Part shown: positions 1 to 11,712 of the stretch, piece by piece
Layout of the letters: each line of letters starts with the position of its first letter
Position numbering within the stretch: position 1 is the stretch's first letter
Source of the DNA: Asterionella formosa
Lineage: Eukaryota
NCBI GenBank assembly: GCA_002256025.1
Contig: NKIB01013380.1
Location: 1-58,676, forward strand
Length of the DNA: 58,676 nucleotides
Reading direction: 5' to 3'
The notes under the pieces: generated by a model
Databases searched by the model: none
Told to the model about the DNA's origin: nothing
What the model saw: only the letters and a program-made list of their open reading frames with translations
Program-made: the position numbers and the translations under genes

Positions 1-420
1 TCCGCAACAGTGATATCCATGGCCTCAGTACCGACGTTAATAAAGGAATACGTGTATGTGACCTCTTGGTTGCAGTCTGTTAGTGCCCCCATGAGTGTAT
101 CACATGGCATACCGGTACTAGCAGCAATACACATGATTTGTACCTACGGGTGCAAAGTATGATATGAGGATTAGACATGAAAGCACAACGGAACACAGAA
201 AGCAATCTGCAGTGCATCAATCGATTCCACTTACGTCAATGAGGCATTTAGGGGGTTTAGGTGGCGGAATGGAGTAGTCAACAGCTAGGAATCGATTCCA
301 ATACTTGGAGTCTTCCTTGAGAATGGAGTCTTTTGCCTTTACCTTGGTATCGGCAATGACGACATCAGAAAGTGCAAACAGCACAGACGCATAAGCGACA
401 GTGATCGATGAGAATTTCAT
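1..420 (-). CDS. Secreted Pro-rich cell-surface protein, 5' part (exon 1 420..235, intron 234..144, exon 2 143..<1); paralogue of 36997..38604
   Basis: Signal peptide MKFSSITVAYASVLFALSDVVIA; GTAAGT donor after CLID and TAG acceptor; exon 2 differs from 37342..37484 at about 11 of 143 nt. Truncated by the window edge. Confidence 0.85.
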
Positions 421-1884
421 TTTTCTACTCAACTCGTTTATGGTTCACTTAAGAGGGATGAAATGAATTATATGAGAACCTATTCATGGAAAACTAGAGT
501 ACCAAAAAACGGTTGACATAAACGTTGAAACTTGGCGAGATAGGACCGAGGTTCGCCGCGCGCGCCGTTGGCGGGTATAGTTAATATGTGTGTACATATG
601 TTTGCCAGTACTGGGTACGTGATCGAGAGCCGTTGGAAAGCCGCGCCGTCCATTTCGGCGATGTCTTTTCACGGATTGAACGGTTGTTTGCGATTCTGTA
701 TAGAATATACTAGCACTCAAAGGATACCCACATGCTAATTCTTCAGCATTATGTTCTACTTTTAGCTAAACACTTGCCAGTAGATTCTATGTATCTGGAT
801 GGAACAGCCAAATTTCAACATGTGACTTGCAAAAAATACCCAACGGTGCATAGGCGGAGTGGATCAGGAGGCCAGTAATTGAGAAGTTTGTTGAGATGAT
901 TATATAGAACAGATAACCGTCAAAATACCAGTCATCGTGTAGAACCTGAATGCACGACTAAATTAGCATTGATGCTTTGATACATTCTTACGTACCACTG
1001 GTATGCCTTTAATCGTTCTTTCTGGACTACCGGTATACAACCGACAACTTCAACAATTCCTGTCCCGGTGCAGCTGCAGCTCCAAAAGCTGATCATCACT
1101 TGTTACCTGGGAAGGTCCGTTAAAACAATTTTTTACTTAAGAAAAGATACAGCTAAATATCTCGATGGCCGGACCTTCCATGATGAAGCAACTGGCGGGC
1201 ACAGGAGGATCACCGAACATAGCAGACTTAAGATTCCTGTCGCAAATAACGCAGGATTGTTTGTTGCAACACAGTACAGTGATGCAACCATACAATTCCT
1301 GTACATACAATCGCTTTAGCTTCCAGCACTTCCAACTGATTTGTTGCATGCATCCATTGTGCCATGTGTTTGCATCACCTTCTCTTTTTTTCCAACCTTC
1401 TTGTTTGAGCACCTGAGGGTTTTCAATACTAGGTGAAGTTTGAGAGGGTGACTTGAAGCTTAGAGTCTTTTTGATGATATATTTATGAAGAAATGATTGT
1501 CAATACATGAATGATATTTAGTCTTTACTTTAGTTCTATCACTCACCAAAAACAGGTCAAAAAATTAACATTGCTCATATTATCTTATGATTACAATTAT
1601 CAACGAATAATTCATCATCACATTGTCACAATTACTGGATTATGATCATATGATACAATGATCATATTGGCTTATATAATCAAAGTAGCATATGATTTGA
1701 TGCTTGCTAGCTATTATTTTAATCGTTTATTATGGAAAAACCTTAGAAGAATAAGATCATTATATATACTTATAACAAATATATACTACAATATACTAGA
1801 TCATAATAATCATCATCATTGTTATGTCACAATAAAAGATAGCGATGTGCATAATACTTCATGGTTTCAGTACTAAACCTTCAA

Positions 1885-2420
1885 TAAACATGCATGATGT
1901 CATACCAGTATACTGCAAGCAAATGCCTGGTACTGTATGCAGCTGCTGCTGCTGCTGCTGCTGTTGCCTTCCCATCATGGATACCAGTATTAATGGAACT
2001 CTGTTATGTTGCATTTTTTCTAATTTCGACAAACCATACCATATCCTCATACCAACACAGAAAGAGATTTGAATGGAACTAGCTAGCAACAACAATTAAT
2101 CTGAAAAAGAGGATATAGTCTATTTGGGTTTATGCTAGAAGACCTTCTAAAATTGAGGAAGAATTTGAAACGACTCATTGAATCAGTTGAGAACCCATTT
2201 GTGTTTACTTCCAAATCTGATAATTTCGATAAGATTTACAATTCTCCAGGATTAAAGAGTTCATATGTCAACTCCATAATTACTAACCAAATGCATTTAT
2301 CAGAATGATTGTCTTCAAAAGTGTAAGCAAAACAATTGAATCATTTCTCTTCCAATGAAAAACCACAGGCCAATCATGATATGGATGATTTCGCCTAATC
2401 TCCAAGCGGAAGAAGAAGGA
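1885..2420 (+). repeat. Degenerate repeat/pseudogene copy, inverted homologue of ~34230..34750
   Basis: For example ATTGAGGAAGAATTTGAAACGACTCATTGAATCAGTTGAGA matches the reverse complement of ~34443-34485; the (GCT)n-CCTTCCCATCA block is also shared. Confidence 0.8.
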
Positions 2421-3509
2421 CTGAAAGAAATCATTGGGTTAGATAATGATACTTTCTATTATCCTGACTATCAAGATTGATGTGGTTTCTTTCCTAAAGA
2501 ATCTATGAAAATGGCTCTTCCTCTTCAATTTCAACTTCCCAATAAAAATTTGCTGAACATGGCTGCACCCAATCGAATTAGAACTCATTTTAGTATGATT
2601 CCTTAATGAGAATTATCTACCACCAATGTCCTTTGATCATCTTATGAAATGGCTATTCGAATTACAGAGAATGAAATGTTTTCATGGAACGAATCAAGCT
2701 TCTTTGTTATGATTTGGTCATGATCAGTATTATGCGAAATTCTAGTCGTACGTTCTTCTGCGAAGTTTGCATACTGGTACTCCTGCCAAGTTTGCGTTCT
2801 TTTGCAAAGTTTGCATACCGGTACTTGTTGAAAAGTACGCGCGACTGTCATTTCTCTGATAAATCATTAAACATCCCGGGGCACTATGAACATTTCTACC
2901 AGTAGACGTCAAGAAATCGTATGCCTGGGTAGTATCACACAATTAAAAATTTCGAATGAAAAGACTGCAAAAGATCGCGAAGTCGCCAAAAGACCGCAAA
3001 AGACCTCAAAAGAATGAGAAACCCCGGTCATACGACGTTTTCTGCATTCTTTTGCGAACTTCACGTTCTTTTGCGTTTATTTTGGAAAACGTGATACGAG
3101 GTCGATTTTAGATAAAACACAGTTTTTGCACGTGACTTTTCGTACGTTGGAGTTTCTGTCAACTCCCAGCCCTGAGGAAATGAACCTGAAAGTGAAAACG
3201 AGGTGGCAGGTACACGTGAAATTACGAAGAATAAAAATCAAGTGAAGTAAGTTTTAACGTACCGGTAATGCATGCCCCACGTACATGACTAAACAACCAG
3301 GTACCTACCGCAACGATACATAGAGGATTTACGAAGTCCCGACAGACACCTGGTACCAGGTACCGGCAGTGCATCTCGTTGATATTTGCACTTGACCCTC
3401 CCTCTCCCTTTGCTTCCCTTTCATTGACAATCTTTAGCTAGTATATATAGTTGCCCGCAACTATCAACTACTAGTGCGTACTACTTCAGCAGACAGCGTA
3501 ACAGGTTCC

Positions 3510-5480
3510 ATGACATCCTTCATACCCAACGCAACCCATGACGGCAGTCTGCCAAATCAAGACCAAGTCTTTGTCGATGTGGTGGAATGGTGGTGTCACA
3601 CGATCTTGCATGAACCACCCGGTCCTCAGTTCGAGCGTCGATGCAAGCAATTGCAGCACTTGAGTGCTCACTTTTCGATTGATGTTCCTCCCTTTGGACG
3701 CTTGCGCAATCGATTGTTGATCTGCGCAACGGCACAAGGGATCTGTGGAAGGAGCATAGTGGGAGACAGCGAATCTTGTGACGCGTTGACAGCCCAGGAC
3801 TGGAAGTCGTTATTGCAAGAATTGCAAGAGTGTCGGACAAGTATGCTACGCATGGACCACAACGACGGCCGTGGATACGAAAATGATAGAGTGGACGAAG
3901 ACTTGGAACATCTACCCATTTTCGGTGAAGCGTACGAGGAAGTTGTCAGTTTGTACCACTTGCAAATTGCGATTTGTGAGTTCCGCGATGGGTTGCAAAA
4001 GATGATTCAGAATCCACCGACGAGTATCAATAAACAACTGGAACGGTTATTGGAAGACTACAAGGCGGGGATTCCAGACGATTTGCAGGCAGGGGATTTA
4101 TTAACATTTGTTCAGAATGACCTTTTGAAGGCCGGCCCCAAAAAAACAAGCGCAAAGGAAAATGCAGCGCTGTTGGAGAAATTATTGGCACACTTGAACA
4201 CGGTTATGACTAAAAACGACACTGAGTATTCTTACCATGTCCTACAAATTAAGTTACTCGAACTACTCAATGACTGGTGTGACGGAAATTTGAAACATCC
4301 CGAACTCGTCATGCTGGGTTATGGCGGACTCCCTCCCATTCAACATGCTGACGGCAACGACAAACATACAGTTTCCTCTTGGGGCATGGACGAGGCTGAA
4401 CGAGAGGAACGTCGTAAGATTGAACGGGGTGATAACATGGAGACGACAGGTGAAGACAACCAAGACGAGTCTGCACACGCCATCGATGATAGTGATGACA
4501 GTGATGATTTTTATACTGCAGCGTCGCTACCGGAGACACAGCAGAACATGGCTGCAACATCATTTTCATCATCACTCGATCAAGGTGATAGTGACACGGA
4601 ATTGGAAGAAGTACCGGAAGAAGAAGCCCTTGATGTGACCCCGAAGGTCGCCAACAAGCACGATGCCCCTCAAGGGGTACCCATCCGGGTTCATGATTTT
4701 TCCACTACCGAGGCACCACAAGACTTGAAGAAAGTTCAACGTGAGAATAATCAAGAAATTAAAAAAATTGAATTCCAAGGCGATCAAGATTACAGTGAAT
4801 CGGAAAATTTGACAGCAGCAGAAATGGTGCAGATTCTGGAGGTTTCCCCAGCTAGGACGAAAAATGTCGCTGCGATGGCAGTGGATAACTCATGTGACGA
4901 TTTTTCGGATATTTCTTTTGTTGAGGAGAGTGAATGCAATCCTTCAAGGGCTGGGACAGTGCCAACTAGAAATATTACCTTGCCTGGATGTATGGTTCTG
5001 GATGAGGAAGATGTAATCTATCCAGGCTTTTTACGCGATGGCATTGCCAAGAATGGTGACGAGAAATTTGATCTCGATCATGGAGAAGTCGAGCCTATCC
5101 CCTTTTCCGTCTTCGACCCTGCGCCAAGCATTGGCGAGGAGGGCATTGTCAGTTTTAAGGGTCGACCCGGCCGCAAGAAGCAAAGCCACTCCTTTACCCA
5201 CGATTCCGATGACGACGGCATCCTGGGTGTTTACGAGCAGGGTGCGACTCGGAAACGACAAAAAATAACGTCATCATGCTATGCATTGCCATGTCTCCCT
5301 CAAGTCTGCACAAATCCTGCTTCATTTAAACTTCAAAAGGAAGCGATTCGGAAAGGGTATGAAAGTTACGGTGAAGATTGGTCAACTATTCGCGCCCACT
5401 CAGACTGTTTGAAGGGCTTCAAAGCGTTTCAAATCAAACATTTATGCACGCAAATGATAGAATCTGGGGAAATAATTTGA
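3510..5480 (+). CDS. Protein with N-terminal helical domain, acidic linker and C-terminal Myb/SANT-like domain (TRF-like architecture)
   Basis: 656-aa ORF from the first ATG; C-terminal QKEAIRKGYESYGEDWSTIRAHSDCLKGFKAFQIKHLCTQM resembles a single Myb repeat; basic NLS-like RKRQK and GRKK. Confidence 0.6.
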   Translation: MTSFIPNATHDGSLPNQDQVFVDVVEWWCHTILHEPPGPQFERRCKQLQHLSAHFSIDVPPFGRLRNRLLICATAQGICGRSIVGDSESCDALTAQDWKSLLQELQECRTSMLRMDHNDGRGYENDRVDEDLEHLPIFGEAYEEVVSLYHLQIAICEFRDGLQKMIQNPPTSINKQLERLLEDYKAGIPDDLQAGDLLTFVQNDLLKAGPKKTSAKENAALLEKLLAHLNTVMTKNDTEYSYHVLQIKLLELLNDWCDGNLKHPELVMLGYGGLPPIQHADGNDKHTVSSWGMDEAEREERRKIERGDNMETTGEDNQDESAHAIDDSDDSDDFYTAASLPETQQNMAATSFSSSLDQGDSDTELEEVPEEEALDVTPKVANKHDAPQGVPIRVHDFSTTEAPQDLKKVQRENNQEIKKIEFQGDQDYSESENLTAAEMVQILEVSPARTKNVAAMAVDNSCDDFSDISFVEESECNPSRAGTVPTRNITLPGCMVLDEEDVIYPGFLRDGIAKNGDEKFDLDHGEVEPIPFSVFDPAPSIGEEGIVSFKGRPGRKKQSHSFTHDSDDDGILGVYEQGATRKRQKITSSCYALPCLPQVCTNPASFKLQKEAIRKGYESYGEDWSTIRAHSDCLKGFKAFQIKHLCTQMIESGEII

Positions 5481-5738
5481 AAATGTGACTAACGTCGAGG
5501 AGTCACGCCCTAGTGATAAGGAGTGAGTACTGACATATCTACAATTTTGAGATACTGTGCTTGAATTTATTGAAATTACTCTGAATGTTGGGATTGCTAT
5601 ACGCAATGTGGTTAGATAAATAGTCACCATTTTGTTTTCATGCCTACAAATCTCTCACTGTTGAATATTGTAACTTGGACAGCGAGCTAGAAAGTATCGC
5701 TTGTCAACCAACATACTGGTAGCCAAAACAACATTATC

Positions 5739-6737
5739 CTAAAGGGACGATTGTCGCTTCATGTCTCGGATCCACCATGCCATCAATAATGGACACACGA
5801 CAATGCCCACAAACATGGATACTCCTAGCGCCAACTGCAACCCTTGATCAGCTGGCAAATTCTCTACAATCAATCGGTTGGCACTGTCTACCCCCAACCA
5901 AGTCCACACGCACGTAAATGGACTTCCGTGAACAATGGTGGCCAAGGCAAACATCCAGTAATGTACTTCCTCAAAGAGCGAGCTTCCATAATTTTTGATT
6001 GTTTCCGGAAAGCAACTGTACTTCATCAATACGGCTGTACGAAGGGGGTGTTCCTTGACTGCATGACGGACCAATAACAATGTTTCATTATCTCTAAACT
6101 TTTCCTGGATTGCATGACTTAACAATCCCCTCCCCATGCCAAATGCGATAGATGCACCCATCAATTTACCGACAACACTCGCGGGAATGGCAGACCATCC
6201 AAAGGCCATGCCGGCAGCAGTTTCCACTGGTATAGTTGAAATTCCCACGGCCTCCCACATCGCCATGCCAAGGACATAGAGAAAAATGCCAGTCGTCCCT
6301 TGCTCTTTAGCACTCTGTAGGAGCTCCAATATTGCAGATTGAAGGTAGGTCTTGTCAAATATTTTGAGGATGGCACTTTGATTGGAAACCAGCCAAAAGG
6401 TTGCAAGCAGCGCGGCGAGCAAGTAGACGGAGGACATTGTGATTTTGATGGCAGCTGGTGTCATTGCGACTGCTGTAGGTCTTGTATCAACTGCAGCAGC
6501 AGCAGCAGTATTAGTAGCAGTAGCTCCACCTCGGAAGTTGAGAAACGATGATTGGGTTACAATTGGTGAAGCGGTCCAGATACTTCGAAGGGAGGGAAAG
6601 ATGTGTCGTCTCCTCGTCGATGGAGGACCGAAACAATGCCCGGCCGGAATTTTCGACTTTGCGGAATATCCACAAGCGCCACTGACGCTCAACGCGACTA
6701 ATACCGGTACAAATAGGCGCTTGAGGTGCCTCATCAT
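5739..6737 (-). CDS. TVP38/TMEM64 (VTT/DedA, SNARE-associated) membrane protein with N-terminal targeting extension
   Basis: IPVETAAGMAFGW..GKLMGASIAFGMGR and FPETIKNYG motifs; several TM segments; signal peptide. Confidence 0.85.
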   Translation of the reverse strand: MMRHLKRLFVPVLVALSVSGACGYSAKSKIPAGHCFGPPSTRRRHIFPSLRSIWTASPIVTQSSFLNFRGGATATNTAAAAAVDTRPTAVAMTPAAIKITMSSVYLLAALLATFWLVSNQSAILKIFDKTYLQSAILELLQSAKEQGTTGIFLYVLGMAMWEAVGISTIPVETAAGMAFGWSAIPASVVGKLMGASIAFGMGRGLLSHAIQEKFRDNETLLLVRHAVKEHPLRTAVLMKYSCFPETIKNYGSSLFEEVHYWMFALATIVHGSPFTCVWTWLGVDSANRLIVENLPADQGLQLALGVSMFVGIVVCPLLMAWWIRDMKRQSSL

Positions 6738-7966
6738 CGTCGATCGTTATGAAGTAGGAGTGTGTGATGTGGTTGAGATCAATAATTCGATATGATATGA
6801 TGGAAGAAGATTCTTGCCCTATGGCACCCTGAAAATCTCTTTATGAAGTTACTATGGTTATTTTTTATCGCATCATGGTTTGGCTCTCGTCGTCGTATGC
6901 ATGATGATTTAAAAATTTCATTTCTTTTATGTACTGTACATAGAAATTTGTGGTACGTACGTACTCACTTATTAAGCATCATTGAAAGCAAAGTAGCATC
7001 TTCTTGTGTTTCACTTATCCTGCATCAATTGACTATTTTCGAGCCATATTAAAATCCACGATCAAAAGGAAATTGGAAGAATAATCACATTGCGGGGGTA
7101 TCATCTCTCAAGCAACTACTAGGGCAGGGCAATCCAGGATGAATCAGAATCAATCTGCATTTCAATCATGGCTCAAAATTGGATTGCAGAAGCAATCACC
7201 CCAACTTGACTTGTACATTTTCAGCTCCAGATAGCCCACTATCAAGCTCAATAGCTTTCGCATGTGAATCCATTGGTCATGTACTAGGCATGGATTTGCC
7301 ATGCTCAACAACACTAAATATTGGTCATAGATAAACCAAATTGTGTGCTTCTGCACCGCTTGATGTGTTTACTGATTGCGCTGCTCATGACAGAGATATT
7401 GATTGATAAATCAAATGGTGCAGGAGGCTGTCCTGGTGTTGAGTAAACCAGCAGAGTAATGCCGACATGGTCGTGTGATTTAACAACAAGGGTTTTAAGG
7501 CACAAAATATTATATACAGTACTAGGGCCAAGGTTTTGCTAGTACTAGGCCTACAGGGTGGTTGCCACAGAAATTGGACCACCCAGCGGCCATATCGAAT
7601 CATATTTTCATATACCGGTATGAACATTTTGCAGTTTTATTCTTTTAGCTAGTGAGTAGTGTACCGGAACCTGGTACATAACTGGTAAGAGGTACCGGTG
7701 ATGCAGTGACGCATTTACCGGTACTTCATTTACTCACATGTAGAACATGCATGTTGAAGTTTCAGCCTCACGTACATTTTTTTTGCACACTTCCAGGGCA
7801 ACGTCAAAACGGCTGTCATATCATTCTCCGAGGGCCCGAGACTGTCATTCTTTTTGCATTCATCATTCTCTTAGTTCACTCTCGTTTTGCTGGGTTGTGG
7901 TGGGGAGTCCATCATTACGCATACAATTGGTGTAACATTCATCAAAATCCCACAATATATTAGGGA

Positions 7967-9154
7967 ATGACGGTTTCCATAGGTGCATCTCTTTGCGGTG
8001 CTGTTCTGCTATTGCATAATTGTGGTGCCAGTTTCTACTATGCTGCAAAGCAAAATCACTATCGACCAGCAACAACGAGCCGATTGCTATTGACTTTACA
8101 ACAACAGCAACCAAACGATGACATGCAGATCCTATTTCACCAGAGTTGTAGTCATGAGGTGCTACCAGAAGTAGAAGCGTATGGCACAAACTACGGTGTG
8201 CTACGACCCACCTCCAAAGGATTATCGAAAATGGCATCTCATGGGGCGCATGGAATCAACCAAGGAAGAACCGGATTTTTCACCCATTCCACCAAACGAC
8301 TGGAACGTCTAGGATGGTTAACTGCCAAATCTAGACCCGTGCGGAACACAGCAATCATGATGGTGGACGTTCAACAAACTGAATTTCGAGCTTTCAGGAC
8401 ATTTGAGGAGCGTTGTCGTATGTACCTTCCAGAATTGGAAGCCTATTATGAAAAACACGGGGTACTACGATGCACCGCGAAAGTGATATCCAAGGAGGCA
8501 TCTAATTGGGCGCAGCATATCAAACAAGGAAATATCATGTTTTCTGGCGCCTATGTCACACAGCTGGAAAGACTCGGGTTGTTGACTATAAGATCAAAGC
8601 AAAAGTCCAAAGAACCTCCCGTTTCCTTCCAAGCAAGGGATCGATCATGCTGGCATCGAGATGATGTATTCGAAGCAAATGCTGCGTTGTACTTGCCCGA
8701 ATTGGAATCCTATTTTGATAAATATGGAACATTAAAACCATCAGCCAAAGAAATATCAAAGGGAGCCTCGTCATGGGCAAAACGGATCAAGCTAGGAAAA
8801 ACCTTGTTTTTGGGATCGTATGTCAAACGACTGGAACGACTGGGACTTCTTACGGAGCGCTCCAAACAAATGCTACGCCCCGGGGAAGAACCTGTTGTAT
8901 TTGAACTGGCAAAAATACGAAAATGTGTAACTTTTCTAGAGGGCTGTGAATTGTACATTCCGGAACTTGAAGCATACTTTGAAACACATGGTAAACTACG
9001 ATATAAGTCAAGAGCAATATCCAAAGAGGCGTCAAATTGGGCCCACAACGTGAAACATGAAAATTATGTGTTGTCGGAACCCTATGTGACGAGACTTGAA
9101 CGACTAGGATTATTTATACGAAAACCGAAGAAAATGGAAAATGGTGATTCGTGA
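7967..9154 (+). CDS. Protein with three full and one partial divergent helicase-associated (HA)-like repeats
   Basis: Repeats of F...YLPELEAYxxxHGxL....ISKEASNWA......YVxRLERLGL spaced about 88 aa; N-terminal hydrophobic signal-like segment. Confidence 0.75.
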   Translation: MTVSIGASLCGAVLLLHNCGASFYYAAKQNHYRPATTSRLLLTLQQQQPNDDMQILFHQSCSHEVLPEVEAYGTNYGVLRPTSKGLSKMASHGAHGINQGRTGFFTHSTKRLERLGWLTAKSRPVRNTAIMMVDVQQTEFRAFRTFEERCRMYLPELEAYYEKHGVLRCTAKVISKEASNWAQHIKQGNIMFSGAYVTQLERLGLLTIRSKQKSKEPPVSFQARDRSCWHRDDVFEANAALYLPELESYFDKYGTLKPSAKEISKGASSWAKRIKLGKTLFLGSYVKRLERLGLLTERSKQMLRPGEEPVVFELAKIRKCVTFLEGCELYIPELEAYFETHGKLRYKSRAISKEASNWAHNVKHENYVLSEPYVTRLERLGLFIRKPKKMENGDS

Positions 9155-9684
9155 TTCCCTCTACATGGGTAGATGTGTTGTTATTGGATGTTGATGGACT
9201 AGCGGTAGTTTTCCATTCCAACAGTCGTTGTGTTTGTTTGGTATGCCACAAAATAGGGCCATGTCCTTTATCGGTATGACTATGGATACTGACGGAAATA
9301 AAAATAAAATTAGGCATCAGAATTCGACCAAACAGTTATCTTTTGTTCATGCATCACTGGAACTGTGTCTCCTCATATGTACGGTCTCACATTGCTTTCC
9401 TGGATTTGAATTGAATCTAGGATTAACGTGCATGCATAATAGTGGTAGTACTTACAAAACTGGAATTTCTGCTGTGTTCAGAGCATAACGCGGGTAATGA
9501 ATGGTTAACACTTCGTTGTAGTCGAGCCGACAACAAAACAATATGGAACATGTTGATAAACGTTCGCAAATGGTCCTCCATCGCCACGAAGTGCCACTAA
9601 GATGTCATAGTCAAACATGCATGAAATGTGACTTCGATCTCATCTATTGGGATTAGTTTTCTTATTTGTTGAGTTTCTTTCCAT

Positions 9685-10795
9685 TCACTCCTTTTCCCTC
9701 AAACTCATAGTAATTATTCTCACATCAGATCGAGGTTGAATGAAATAAACTGGGAATATTGATGGAAGGTTGTTGATGACTTCCTGTTTCTCGTACTTAC
9801 ATTGAATTCCACGCTGTGATAGCTCTCGTTCGAACGAGTCAAACGTTTCTTTATTTCTCAGCGTCATAGCGAAGACTGCTTGTCGATTCGTGCCTCCTCT
9901 CAAAAATCTAGACACTGACCTCGAAAGTGCTGTATTCAGTTCAATATCATACGTAACATCGGCTGCTACCATCACCTCCGCAGCCTGAACGAGCGGTGGG
10001 TCTGGTATCTCGCCTTGGGCATAGACGAACCAATCAAGGAAACCCTGGAACGGGCACAAGGTCAGTGTTCCGTACCGGCGCCAACGAGCATGAGTATAAA
10101 ACGATAAAAACGAAATCATCCCTGTTACTTACCCATGTGACAACATCTTCATGGTTTCCTAGAGCCCCTCTACAATGTTGGATCCATTTTTGATTGATAG
10201 CAATATTGTGATTCATATTCTCCAAACATGTTGCTGAATAGTCTGTCATGTAGACACTGATGGGTTGGCAACAAGCAGCCATGACCAATCCAGTTAATCC
10301 TACCCCTGCTCCTAGCTCGATAACTCGTTTGTTCGCCACCATGTCTGGATATGCCATGAGATATTCGGCAAGACAGGCACCTGCTTCCCACACCTTGAGG
10401 GCCACATCATTGTGTTGCGGGAAGACCCTAATCTTTAGGTGATGATTACTGGTGTCGCTGCCGACACGGAAGGATTGGTATCCAGTCATTGCGGGATCTG
10501 GAATGGCATCACTCACCAACGACGCTTGATAGATGAATTCTACAAGAGCATCATCCTCTGGATCAGAATCCATAGTGGCCACCATTTTTCGCACAAGAGC
10601 TCTCAAATATCGGTGGGAAGGGCCATGCTCGTTGCAATTCCATTCTTGGTGAATAATTGCAGAGAATAAACCTTGCTGTTCCAGTCTGGATTGATCGCAG
10701 GTGGCTTCCAAGAACTTGGCCACCACAATATCGACTGGTGCCATGACCAGCACAAGGTCTTTCGTGGTGAAGGAAGTGAGGGAATCGCTTGACAT
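9685..10795 (-). CDS. EEF2KMT/FAM86-like protein-lysine methyltransferase (exons 10795..10133, 10044..9685)
   Basis: ALKVWEAGACLAEYL, VIELGAGVGLTG, MTDY, LDW and AADVTYD motifs; an 88-bp GTAAGT..CAG intron joins the two ORFs in frame. Confidence 0.85.
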
Positions 10796-11036
10796 GAAGA
10801 CTCGTGTTGGATCAAGAGTTCTATCATCGAGCTAAGCAGCTGAGTCGAGTTGTGGCAGAGTTGTTTCCTATTCTACTGTTTATTGATTGTCGACCAAGTG
10901 TTGAGGACACATCAGCAGCAACGGACCAGCGGCGCAACTTCCAGAGGTGATGTGATGGTAAACCGATGTAACCGAGACAATTATCCTCTAACCGAAACAT
11001 TTGGCTCTCAAGCACTGCAGAATACGCTACTCCAAG

Positions 11037-11521
11037 TACCGGTAGGTAGACTGCCGGTATGTATCTAAATACGACATGTCCATCACGAGCACATATCCTT
11101 CGAAGTATCTACCGGTATCATACCTGGCACCACCGGTGTATAGTGCGTACTCGGGAGTGTAGATGATAATACATATATATATTCATATGGGTATGAATTT
11201 ATGCACCCAATATTTGATCTATGGATATACCGGTAGCTTGAATACAGGTACCGGTATGTATATTCTATTACCCACATACCGGCATATCCAGGAGTTCTGT
11301 ATTTCTTCCTGTCTACCACTACCGGTATACTGACTAGGTATACATGCAAATAGTACCGGTACCCGGTAATCCTCTATCCACTATATACCGGTATAAGCTG
11401 TAGGATCCAGTTCAATCTATTTTTACACCTTATATGAATAAGCACTAAATTCCACTCCAATCTACCACCAGGACAGGTAGTTCTATTACGTTCCGAGGCG
11501 TTCGTCGAACAGATACCGGTA
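11037..11521. repeat. Dense cluster of TACCGGTA palindromes (representative of a window-wide family)
   Basis: Eight copies at 11037, 11110, 11228, 11249, 11320, 11354, 11386 and 11514 between divergent genes. Confidence 0.9.
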
Positions 11522-11712
11522 ACCGCGTGGCTTTTCATTTTGAGGGGCTTACCAATTTTACCCTGTGTTTGCACAAGGCATCACACTCAAAAAGTTCACG
11601 TTGGCTATTAATCCATTTATTCCTCGCCTTCTACCCCAGAAAAACTCATTGATATTCTGTTGATCATCACTGCACATTATACAACAACGAAATTGTCCGG
11701 TCTATTGGGAAG

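Noticed and set aside
1939..1962. (GCT)n tract giving poly-Q, poly-A or poly-C ORFs
   Set aside because: Microsatellite within a degenerate repeat; the ORFs are spurious.
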